NCBI GenBank assembly: GCA_965248445.1
Contig: CBDFJG010000001.1
Location: 384,001 to 448,000 of the forward strand
Origin: Planctomycetota bacterium
GTDB lineage: Bacteria; Planctomycetota; JAJSAM01; JAJVHW01
Direction of reading: 5' to 3'
Length of the DNA stretch: 64,000 bases
The notes under the pieces are model-generated. The model was not told the origin of the DNA. It did not search any database and saw only the letters and a list, made by a program, of their open reading frames with translations. The position numbers were made by a program, and so were the translations under genes. The number at the start of each line of letters is the position of its first letter. The stretch's first letter is position 1. This document shows, piece by piece, positions 8,998-18,021 of the stretch.

Positions 8998-11388
8998 TCA
9001 CCTTTCGAACTTCTTGCCGCCCTTGCGCCGTGTCATGGGCAGGTCGATGGCGTCCTCGTAGGCGCGGTCGATCGAGATCGAGAACGGGATCGACATGCCT
9101 GCGACGTCGGCGGCGGCGGTGTTCGCGGGGACGGCCCCGGAGAAGTCGGCGTCGACCAGATCCGTGAGCGGCGTGACACCGGTCGCCTTGATCTTGAAGA
9201 GCCCCTTCACGAGGTCGACGTCGACGGTGACCTTCGGTGTCTCGCCCCTGCCGGACTTGAAGCGATACCGCGACCCGGAGCGCCCCCGGCGCCGCAGAAC
9301 GAAGTCGTTCAGGACGAGATCGCCGATGGTGAAGTCGCCGGTCAGACCGGGCGTCGATGGCGGCGTGCTGCCGGGGCAGAGTCGCAGCGCGCCCGTCACC
9401 TGCACGCTGTCGGACTTGACCTCAGGAGCCGCCTGTCCCTTTCTCACCTTCAGGCTTCGCTTCACGCGGAGCGTGTCCACGAAGAGCGAGCCGCCGGGCA
9501 CTCCGGCGCCGTCCGATACCACCCTGCGGCCGGAGCCGAATTTCGGCTGCAGCGCGTCGATCCGCACGTCGCCGTGGAGCAGCGAGTCCTCGTCTGCCAC
9601 CGCGCCAACGACGTCCGCCCGCGATCGCAGCGTGATCCGAACGCGGAACGCAATCGGCTCGAACGACGACTGCAGCGTCCCGCGACTCAGCTTGAAGTCG
9701 TAGGTCTGCTTGGCCAGGTCCACCGTCAGCTTTCCGCGTCCCGGATTGGCGCGGAAGCTCCACGTCGCGGATGAACCGTCCTTGGCAAACTTCACGGAGG
9801 GCGCACGTTGCGAGAGGTTGTTGTAACGCAGCGTGCCGCCGTCGGCGTTGTCGATGCCGAACGTGAACTCGTTGCCGGGCGACGAAGAGACGGTCACGAT
9901 CACCTCGGTGATGCGGGCGAGTTCACCGTCGGCCCACACGCGCCCGACGGTGATGCGACTCTGCGGCGCATCGCCGAACACGACGGGGGCCGTCTCGCCG
10001 GGGCCGTCCCCGAACGGCGGCAACCGGAAGGCGCCCGACGACTTCAGCGTGTCCTTGTTGATCGCCGTCTTGTTCTTCAGATCCACCTTGACGATACGGA
10101 AGTGGTTGGGCCCCGCCGCCTCGCCACCCGCCGGGAGCACGATGTGCGTCTCGGCCGGTGTCTGGTACGCCGCACTTCCCTCGGCGACGGCGGCGACCGT
10201 CGTAACGCCGTCCTCGTTCGCAAGCGGTAGCGGGTTGCCGCCGGCCACGACCGAGAAGATCCCGCTTCCGCCGATGTCGTCCGACAGCGGCACGCCGAAG
10301 ATGAGTGTGCCATCCGCTGAGGCACGCACGGTGGCGGCCTCGAAGGTGTCGAACGTCCCGCCAAGCGGCGTCTCGTCACCCTCGAGCACCACCACCGTGG
10401 GCACGTACACAGGCGGCGCCGCCTTGAACAGCCCGCTGGGCGACGGTGCGCCGGCCAGCGTCGCGGCGAAGTAGATGGTCGCCGTTCCATCAATGGCAAA
10501 GTCGTTCAGGATCGAGAAGTTGCCGCCGCCGGGTGCAGCGTCGCCCGAGAGCCCGAGCTTGACGATGCGTGCGCCGGAGCCGTTCGAGTCACGGAGGAAG
10601 AGACCGGGCGAGATCGTGCCACCGGATTCGGTCAGCGCGAAGATGGCGGCGTCGCCTTTGGCGTTGGCGCGGGTGCGCGCGATCGTCTGATACGTACCGC
10701 CTGCGGGAGACGGATCACCGGTCAGGAGCAACGGTGTGAGCGAGACCGTGTCTTCATCGAACAGGAAGATGCCCGTGCGCCCGTCCGGCGCACCCAGTTG
10801 CGCGGTGACGAGGGCCCGTCCGAACCCAGACGGCAGCCGGCCGAGCGCGACGGCGTCGAAGAACGATCCCCACGGCACGGGGTCGCCGAATGCGTCGTCG
10901 ATCGGAGAGTCGAGGCCGAAGCGGCCGATGCGGTAGATCGTGTTGCTTCGACGGAAGTAGGCGCCTCGACGCGGCAGGGCTTCGTTGAGTTGCGTCAGCG
11001 GATCGTCGGGGATGACGGTGGACGCGACGAGTCCGATGTCGCCGTCGGCGTTGATCGTCCCGGCGTTGAACGTCTCCCAGCGCTCGAGGTTGAAACCGAC
11101 GAAGAAGTCGTTCGTCTCGCCTCGCTGCGCCACGATCTGTCCAGCCGTCTCGAGTTCGCGAATCACGAGCGTCTCGGTCACACCAGTCAGGTCGCGCGCA
11201 TACAGAAGCTGGCCGGCGTCATTCCCCCAGAACGGCCCCACCGTCCCCGCGCCGTCGACGATCGCGTCGGTGGGCGCGAGGCACCCTGCGCCGGCGGCGC
11301 CGCCGAGCGTCAGGCAGATCACCGCGAGCGCGGCGGCGCCCAGTCGATGCACGTACCGGCTTGCTCTCGTGGCTCTCGGCACTTTCAC
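8998..11388 (-). CDS. Large secreted protein with propeller-like NxxG repeats and a basic beta-rich C-terminus
   Basis: Signal peptide; repeats such as INADGDIGLVA, ANAKGDAAIFA, GDPSPAGG, GDETPLGG; purine-rich RBS. Confidence 0.75.
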   Translation of the reverse strand: MKVPRATRASRYVHRLGAAALAVICLTLGGAAGAGCLAPTDAIVDGAGTVGPFWGNDAGQLLYARDLTGVTETLVIRELETAGQIVAQRGETNDFFVGFNLERWETFNAGTINADGDIGLVASTVIPDDPLTQLNEALPRRGAYFRRSNTIYRIGRFGLDSPIDDAFGDPVPWGSFFDAVALGRLPSGFGRALVTAQLGAPDGRTGIFLFDEDTVSLTPLLLTGDPSPAGGTYQTIARTRANAKGDAAIFALTESGGTISPGLFLRDSNGSGARIVKLGLSGDAAPGGGNFSILNDFAIDGTATIYFAATLAGAPSPSGLFKAAPPVYVPTVVVLEGDETPLGGTFDTFEAATVRASADGTLIFGVPLSDDIGGSGIFSVVAGGNPLPLANEDGVTTVAAVAEGSAAYQTPAETHIVLPAGGEAAGPNHFRIVKVDLKNKTAINKDTLKSSGAFRLPPFGDGPGETAPVVFGDAPQSRITVGRVWADGELARITEVIVTVSSSPGNEFTFGIDNADGGTLRYNNLSQRAPSVKFAKDGSSATWSFRANPGRGKLTVDLAKQTYDFKLSRGTLQSSFEPIAFRVRITLRSRADVVGAVADEDSLLHGDVRIDALQPKFGSGRRVVSDGAGVPGGSLFVDTLRVKRSLKVRKGQAAPEVKSDSVQVTGALRLCPGSTPPSTPGLTGDFTIGDLVLNDFVLRRRGRSGSRYRFKSGRGETPKVTVDVDLVKGLFKIKATGVTPLTDLVDADFSGAVPANTAAADVAGMSIPFSISIDRAYEDAIDLPMTRRKGGKKFER

Positions 11389-11688
11389 GATCCTCTCTCG
11401 ACCTCCGGAGGCCGCCCGATCCTGTCGCCGAGCAGACCGTCCGACACCCCCCGGCCGCTGCGAGGCACCGGGAAAGGTGATTGTAGGCGCGCTTGGCCTT
11501 CACAACGGACCCGCGAATGTCCTGCCGGGCTCGTTCTCACGCTCCTGAGAAGGGCACAGCCGGGGCGACGTCAACGATCGTTTACGGCCTGCCCGGCGAG
11601 CGGCGAACAACCGTATCGGCCCAGGGCCTCGACACCTGCGGAGGTTCCTCTGTTCCGCGGGTGGCGTGCGGCCCCGATACTCGCGCTG

Positions 11689-12747
11689 ATGAATGGGCCG
11701 GCCGCCGCAGAGAGAATCCTCCTCGTGCGACTCTCGTCGCTCGGCGACGTCCTCCAGGCGATGCCGGCGCTGGCCGGTCTCCGCGCGGCCCGGCCGAACG
11801 CCGCGATCGGCTGGCTGGTCGAGCGCCGCTTCGAGGACGCCGTGCAGGGCCACCCGCACATCGACCGCGTCTTCGTGTTCGACCGGAAGAAGAGCGGCAG
11901 CCTGCTTTCGAATGCCGGGGCGGCGTGGCGGACGAGGCGGGAACTGCGTGCGTGGCGGCCGGACGTGGCCGTGGATCTGCAGGGCAACCTGAAGGGTGCG
12001 ATGCTCGCATGGCTCTCTGGTGCGCCCCGGCGGATCGGTTTACCCCGTGGCGAGGCGAGCGAAGGGGCGCATCGACTGGCTACCGAGACCGTAGCTGCGT
12101 CCCCCGATTCGCGGGAACACCGCAGCGAACGGGCCCGCCGTCTGCTCACGCCGCTTGGAGCGAACGGTTCGGGCGATGCGGAACTTGTCCCTGTCGACGA
12201 GCGCACGCGATCCGCGGTGACGTCGGCACTGGCTGCGGCGGACGTGGACGACGGACGCTTCGTGCTGCTGCTGCCGGGCACGAGCGACTTCGGCGCGTTC
12301 AAGCGCTGGCCGGCGCTACGCTTCGCGGCACTGGCACGGGAGCTGCAGTCGCGGGAGGGAGTGCCGTCGCTCGTCGGCTTCGGTCCGGGCCAGAGGGGCC
12401 TCGCGGAGGAGATCGTCGCCGCGTCGGACGGCGCCGCCCGCCTGGCACCGGAGACGCGTGACCTGCGCGAGGTGCGCGCACTCGCCGAGCGTGCCGCCGT
12501 CGTGGTCGGTCCGGACTCCGGACCACTGACGCTCGCCTCCCTGGCCGGGTGTCCGACCGTCGTCCTGTTCGGCCCCAAGGATCCGCAGATCTACGCGCCG
12601 CGCGGTCCGAAGACCGCGCACGTGTGGAAGGGTGTCTATTGCTCGCCCTGCGCACTGCGTCAGTGCGCCGACCCGATCTGCATGACGACCATGAGTGTGG
12701 ACGAGGTCCTGGTCGGCATCGCAGAGGCATGCGGAGGCGTGGCATGA
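11689..12747 (+). CDS. Glycosyltransferase family 9 (heptosyltransferase-like)
   Basis: ILLVRLSSLGDVLQ, DLQGNLK, KRWP and DSGPL..A..TVVLFGP motifs. Confidence 0.9.
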   Translation: MNGPAAAERILLVRLSSLGDVLQAMPALAGLRAARPNAAIGWLVERRFEDAVQGHPHIDRVFVFDRKKSGSLLSNAGAAWRTRRELRAWRPDVAVDLQGNLKGAMLAWLSGAPRRIGLPRGEASEGAHRLATETVAASPDSREHRSERARRLLTPLGANGSGDAELVPVDERTRSAVTSALAAADVDDGRFVLLLPGTSDFGAFKRWPALRFAALARELQSREGVPSLVGFGPGQRGLAEEIVAASDGAARLAPETRDLREVRALAERAAVVVGPDSGPLTLASLAGCPTVVLFGPKDPQIYAPRGPKTAHVWKGVYCSPCALRQCADPICMTTMSVDEVLVGIAEACGGVA

Positions 12748-13658
12748 GGCGCGCCCTCCTCCTGGCGGCCGTTCTCTCGTTGGCCACGCCCTGCGCCCGG
12801 TCGGCGGACGATTCTCCGCCGCTCAGCATCACTCTGGCCGACAAGAGCGTGCGCGTCGGGAGCGACATCGTGCTCCGCCTGAAGTTCGAGAACCGCGGGC
12901 GGGACGAGGTCACGCTGCCGGCGTTGAGGCTCGCGCGCGACGCCGTCACGCTGACCGTCGCCGGACCGGAGTCGGGTCTGACCCGCACCATGATCACGAG
13001 GCTCTACGGCTCGTTCGAGTCGCAGGACGACGGTGTCGAGTTCCGCGAGCGACCCACCCGGCGCGTGCGGGTGCCCGCCGGGAAATCGATCGCCGCCGAC
13101 ATCCGGTTGCCTGCGCTCGTGACCGGAGACCTGACACTGAGCGTGGCGCTGGGTCAGCCCGGTCCTACGCGCCTTCGCGCGGAGTCGGTGACCGTCAAGG
13201 TGACCGCGGCGCGCACCGCGAGCGTGCCGACGGCCGTGGTGGTGACCTCGCGCGGCGAGATCACTCTGCGGATCGACCCACTCACGGACTACGGCGCGGC
13301 GGCCCAGTTCTGGGCGCTCGCGCGCTCAGGGTTCTACGACGGCCTGCCCGTGCACCGCGTGATCCCCGGACGGCTCGCGCAGACGGGCGACCCGCGCGGC
13401 AACGGCACCGGCGACGCCGGCTGGTTCGTTCCGGGCGCCGGATCGGCGACGAAGTTCGCAGTCGGCGACGTCGGGCTTGCGCGCGGCGCCCACAGGGACT
13501 CTGCCAGCTCGCAGTGGTTCGTGGTGCTCGCCGACGACGGTCCCAAGGGCAAGTTCGCGCGGGTCGCAACGGTGATCTCGGGTCTCGACGTCGCCCGCGC
13601 GCTGCGCGCAGGCGACATACCCGACCGCGTCAAGGCGATCCGCGGCGAAGTGCGCTAG
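12744..13658 (+). CDS. Secreted cyclophilin-type PPIase-domain protein
   Basis: Signal peptide; GFYDGLPVHRVIPG..QTGDP.GNGTG and SASSQWF motifs. Confidence 0.78.
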   Translation: MRRALLLAAVLSLATPCARSADDSPPLSITLADKSVRVGSDIVLRLKFENRGRDEVTLPALRLARDAVTLTVAGPESGLTRTMITRLYGSFESQDDGVEFRERPTRRVRVPAGKSIAADIRLPALVTGDLTLSVALGQPGPTRLRAESVTVKVTAARTASVPTAVVVTSRGEITLRIDPLTDYGAAAQFWALARSGFYDGLPVHRVIPGRLAQTGDPRGNGTGDAGWFVPGAGSATKFAVGDVGLARGAHRDSASSQWFVVLADDGPKGKFARVATVISGLDVARALRAGDIPDRVKAIRGEVR

Positions 13659-13664
13659 CGCCGG

Positions 13665-15560
13665 CTAGCGGACGCTGCGCAGGAAGTCGAGGTACGTCTC
13701 CGGCGTGCGTGCGTTCGACCAGTCGGCGGACGCGAGGATCTCGCCCGTGTGCGGATCGACGATCACGTGCCGCGGGATCGAGATGTTCCCGACGAGTTTC
13801 TTCATGCGCGCCCGCTGCTGTACGTCGAGAGGTGCGATGGTCGGGTCCTGGATCCAGATCTGCATCAGCTCGAAGCGGTCGAGTTCCCGGCGAACTTCCG
13901 GGGACGTGGAGATCATGATCTCCAGCGCCGCGCAGTTGATTCAACCCTTGCCGGTGAAGTCGAACAGCACGTAGCGGTCGGCGGCAATCGCCCGTTCGCG
14001 CGCGCCTTCCCAGTCGTTTCGCGGCCACTCCAGGTGCGCTGTGTCACCCGCGGAGCCCCCATCGCCGACGATCCAGAGATCCTTCGGCTCGGTCTGGATG
14101 AAGCCCTCGAGGTCCGACGCCAGCGGGCGGCCGAACAGCCCCGGCACGATGTAGAGCCCGAGCGAGAAGAACATGACGGCGAACAGCATGCGCAGGGTGC
14201 CGACGGTCTCCACCTTCGTGTCCTTGGGCAGCGAGAAGATCCCGAACAGGTACATCGCCGCTGCGAACGCGCACGCCGCCCAGATCGCGAGCACCAGCGT
14301 TCGCGGCAGGATGTCCCAGTCGTGGTTGATGGCGACCGTTCTGAAGAACTTGAACGCCAGTCCGAACTCCACGAATCCCATCGTGACCTTGACCGCGTTC
14401 ATCCAGCCGCCGGCCCGCGGCATCGTCTTGAGCAGCGCCGGGAACAGCGAGCAGAAGAAGAAGGGCACCGCGACGGTGACCGAGTACGCGAGCAGTCCGA
14501 TCAGCGCGGCGGACTTGTCGCCTTCCTCGAACGTCGTGAACATGATCGCGAGGAACGGGATCGAGCAGGAGAACGAGGTCAGGGCGAGCGTCATCGCCAT
14601 GAAGAACGGCCCGATCAACCCGGTCGCCGAACTGCGCTTCGTCGTGGCGTCGGTGAGGAACCCCGGAAGACGCAGGTCGAACAGGCCGAACAGCGACAGC
14701 GCCAGCACGACGAAGAGCACGCCGACGAACACGTTGAACGCATCGCCGCGTGCCATCACGTCGAGGCTCGCTCCGAAGATCAGACCGACCACTGTCAGCG
14801 TGAAGATGATGCCGAACGCGTAGACCAGCGCCTTCGGCAGGACGGCGCCCTCCTGCTTGCTGAAGAAGCTCACGGTGACAGGGAGCAGCGGGAACACGCA
14901 CGGGGTCAGCAGCGTGATGAGACCCCAGAAGACGCCGCTGCCGATGATGCCGCCGACGCCGCCGGACATCTCCTCGGGTTCGCCGGCGCCGGGCACGACC
15001 GGAGACGCGCCGTTGCCGCCCGTCTCCGGCCCCAGCCATTCCGTGACGACGAACGACGCCTCGATCGGCCGCGTCTCCTCGGGCAGGCACTGCATCGGAT
15101 CGCACGCCATCGCGCTGAACGAGCCCCCGATCGTGCGCGGTCCGAGCGCCGCGTCCGGCGCAACCGTCACCGCGATCGAGAACGTCACCTCGGCCTCGTG
15201 CTCGATCGTGATCAGATCGGGCATGTCGGGGATCCGTGCGATCTCGTGCGGCTCCGGAAACTCGCTGAGCGCGCCCGCGGTCAGGCCCTCCGGCAGATCG
15301 AGCTCGATCCGCGGCGGCTGGCCGTACTTCAACCCGTAGAGATGCCAGTCCGGGACGATCTCGATCTTGACGCGAACTTGCGTCGTTCCGCCGGCCGGAA
15401 CGGTCGCCGGGTCCGCCGTGACCGAGACGATCTCGAACTTCTGCTCCTCCGCGAGCCCGCCGCCAAGCGGGTCGTCCTGCGCGATCGCGAGACCCGACCA
15501 CAGCGCACACGCGGCGGCGAGGGGCAGGGCGATCTTGCGAAGCAGGGCGTGGATCTTCAT
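13665..15560 (-). CDS. dsbD: DsbD-like thiol:disulfide interchange protein, candidate selenoprotein (in-frame TGA at 13941-13943)
   Basis: N-domain ACDPMQCLP; TM domain LLTPCVFP and SFSCSIP; GGWMNAVKV; thioredoxin domain FDFTGKG-TGA-INC continues in the same frame to 13665. Confidence 0.85.
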
Positions 15561-15579
15561 GGACCCGGGTCTCCAGGGT

Positions 15580-15615
15580 GGGTCAGGGGCAGAGTCAGCG
15601 GCAGGGTCAGGGGCG
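15580..15615. repeat. Three imperfect 12-bp direct repeats upstream of dsbD
   Basis: GGGTCAGGGGCA / GAGTCAGCGGCA / GGGTCAGGGGCG. Confidence 0.6.
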
Positions 15616-15657
15616 CGAGAACTCTACTGCGACGACGCGAACCACGAGACGGTTCAC

Positions 15658-16427
15658 TCACTTGCAGCGCAGGGTCATCGCGATCTCGCGGAGACGCTCC
15701 TCGGGGAGCGTGCCCACCAGGGCGCAGAGCGTGTCGGTCTCCGGACAGATGTACGTCACGACGTTCCGGCCGTTCTCCTCGGCGATCCACCAGTCCAGCC
15801 CGTCCCGCTCGACGTGGCGCCGGAACGACGGCGAGGAGCCGATCAGGTCGCTCCAGATCACCGTGAAGCCCTCGCCCCCCCCGCGCTCGTAGCGAGCACG
15901 CACGGCGCGGGCGCCGGCGCGGTATCCGACGTTCACGAGGTCGCCGACGCCGGTCTGCGAGTACTCGAGCAGTTCGATCGGCGGCAGGACGCGGTTCAGC
16001 AGGCCGTCGCGCTCACCGCTCGGCGGCAGCGCGGCGCCGTCGGCCGTGGTGGCCGCCGCCTCCATCGCCTGGAGATACGCGCACTCGAACGGCGGGATGC
16101 AGAGCGACCACATCGCGGTCACGGCAACGAGTGCGACCGCCGCCAGCGACGCGATCGCCTTGGCCTGTCGCCGGAACGGACGACGCGTCCCCCGGCAGGC
16201 TGTGTGGCCCGTTCGCGCGCCGCGGACAGCAGTCCCGCGAAGGCTGCGTCTTGCACGCCTGCGAGCATCGCGGAGCGCGATCGTTCCTCGAACACACGCT
16301 CGGCGTTGGCCAACTCGGCGCAGTCGGCGCACGAGGTCTCGTGGGTCTCGGCGGCACCCTGCTCCGCGCCGGACAACTCCCCGTCGATGTGGGTGAGCAC
16401 GTGCTTGCGGAAGGTCGCGCAATCCAT
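15658..16427 (-). pseudogene. Zinc-finger (zf-HC2) membrane anti-sigma factor, frameshifted near 16178
   Basis: MDCATFR..HETSCADC in one frame; TM helix and C-domain in another; one extra C restores RVVPFRR. Confidence 0.75.
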
Positions 16428-17092
16428 CAGGCATCACCTTCCTTCAAGAGCCCGTCCCGCTTGACGAATCCGTGCTCCGCCGCGTAGCCGGCGAGTTCCT
16501 CGCGGATCTGCCGTCGTCCGCGGTGCAGACGCGACATCACGGTGCCGATCGGGATGTCCAGCGCGTCCGCGATCTCCTGGTACGACAGGTCTCCGAGCGC
16601 AAACAGCACCAGCGGAATGCGGAACGTCTCGCTCAGTCCGTCAACGGCGGCCTTCACGCGGTCGTCGAAGTGATGGTCCGCCAGACCGGGGAGTTCTCCG
16701 AGCGAACGGGTGTCCGGCTCCGGGTGGTCGTGGTCCGCCGGGCGCAGGTCCACTGGGTCCACGGCGGTCGGCGCCATCGACTCCCGCCGGATGCGGTTCA
16801 CGAAGACGTTGTGCAAGATGCGGAACATCCACGCCCGGAACCGGCTGCCCTTGCGGAAGCTGCCGAGGCTCCGGAACGCCCGGTACAGGGTCTCCTGAAC
16901 TAGGTCTTCGGCTTCGGCGCGGCGGCGGGAGAGCCGTAGGGCTGTGGACATCAGCGGGCGGTGGATCTCGAGGACCATCTGTTCGAACTCGTCGGGAGTC
17001 AGGGAACCGGCCTCGGCAGGGTCCCCAGCCTCAGAGGGAGCCTCGCCGTCGCCAGATCCTGGCCGCCGCGCAGAACCGTCCTCGCCGTCCAT
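16427..17092 (-). CDS. ECF sigma-70 factor
   Basis: AEDLVQETLYRAF, FRAWMFRIL and LSYQEIADALDIPIGTVMSRLHRGR motifs; AGGA RBS. Confidence 0.92.
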   Translation of the reverse strand: MDGEDGSARRPGSGDGEAPSEAGDPAEAGSLTPDEFEQMVLEIHRPLMSTALRLSRRRAEAEDLVQETLYRAFRSLGSFRKGSRFRAWMFRILHNVFVNRIRRESMAPTAVDPVDLRPADHDHPEPDTRSLGELPGLADHHFDDRVKAAVDGLSETFRIPLVLFALGDLSYQEIADALDIPIGTVMSRLHRGRRQIREELAGYAAEHGFVKRDGLLKEGDA

Positions 17093-17171
17093 GTATTCCT
17101 CGCCGCCTCGATGGACCGGCCGGGGCTCATGCCCAGGCACCCCGCCTACCGAAAGGAACTCTGAGACTCGC

Positions 17172-17591
17172 ATGTGGTGGTACAGCGACCAGAAGAAGAA
17201 CCCGAGCACGGCCCCGGTCGCGGCTCCGGCGGTCCCCGACACGTCCGGGGATCCGTACGCCGCGCTGGACGCCGCACTCTCCGACGCGCTGCGCGAACTG
17301 CCGCTGCTGTCCCACGCGCTCCTCGCGATGAGCCTGCTCGTGGACCACTCGGTGCACTTCGCCGACGGCACCGAGCTGCCCTCGATGACCTGGCAGAAGG
17401 CGGAGGCGACGGTCGCCCGGACCCGCGGTCCGGACAACCCGAGCCGGCTCTACAACGCGTTCGCCCAGGAGCTCGGTGACGGGTACTCGCTGCGCACCGA
17501 CCTCCCCCCCGAGCAGTCCGCGATCCTGACGCAGCTCCGGCAGGCGCTGCTCAACTCGAGCGCGATCAAGTCGCTCGAGAGCGCTTCCTGA
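17172..17591 (+). CDS. Hypothetical protein
   Basis: High-GC3 codon pattern, AAGGA upstream, divergent from the sigma gene. Confidence 0.6.
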   Translation: MWWYSDQKKNPSTAPVAAPAVPDTSGDPYAALDAALSDALRELPLLSHALLAMSLLVDHSVHFADGTELPSMTWQKAEATVARTRGPDNPSRLYNAFAQELGDGYSLRTDLPPEQSAILTQLRQALLNSSAIKSLESAS

Positions 17592-18021
17592 CGCGCACTT
17601 GCGTCGGATCCGCCAGCCGCAGATACAGGCGCCCGTTCTCGGGGTCCCCCAGCTCGACGTAGACCGGCCCGCTGTCGGGTTCGACCACCAGCGCGCGCGG
17701 CGCGGGTTTTCCGTTCACTAGGGTCCCGTTCGCGGAGAGATCGCGTATCTCGACGCGGCCGTTACCGACGTGCGCGATCTCGCAGTGAACGCGGGAGACA
17801 CGCCGGAACGCCGGCGACTTCATGACGTCGCGGGGCCGCGGGTGGTGCAGGAACGCGCTCGTCTGGCGCAACGAGACGTGACACGTGCGACTGCGTCCGA
17901 CGACCACCGTCCCGCCGTGGCGGACGATGCGGAGCACGCCCTCCAGGAGTCCGCCCCGGCCCTCCACGACGAGAACCGGGCGCTTTCCACGCTTTCCACT
18001 GCTGCCGGACGATGCACTCAT
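17566..18021 (-). CDS. FHA domain protein
   Basis: VVGRS, VSRVHCEI and DLSANGTLVNG FHA motifs; coupled to the kinase stop codon. Confidence 0.88.
   Translation of the reverse strand: MSASSGSSGKRGKRPVLVVEGRGGLLEGVLRIVRHGGTVVVGRSRTCHVSLRQTSAFLHHPRPRDVMKSPAFRRVSRVHCEIAHVGNGRVEIRDLSANGTLVNGKPAPRALVVEPDSGPVYVELGDPENGRLYLRLADPTQVRVRKRSRAT

Noticed and set aside
11389..11688. 300-bp divergent intergenic region as a riboswitch or ncRNA
   Set aside because: Only short hairpins and -10-like boxes (TACAAT on minus, GATACT on plus); I recognised no riboswitch consensus. An Infernal/Rfam scan would settle it.
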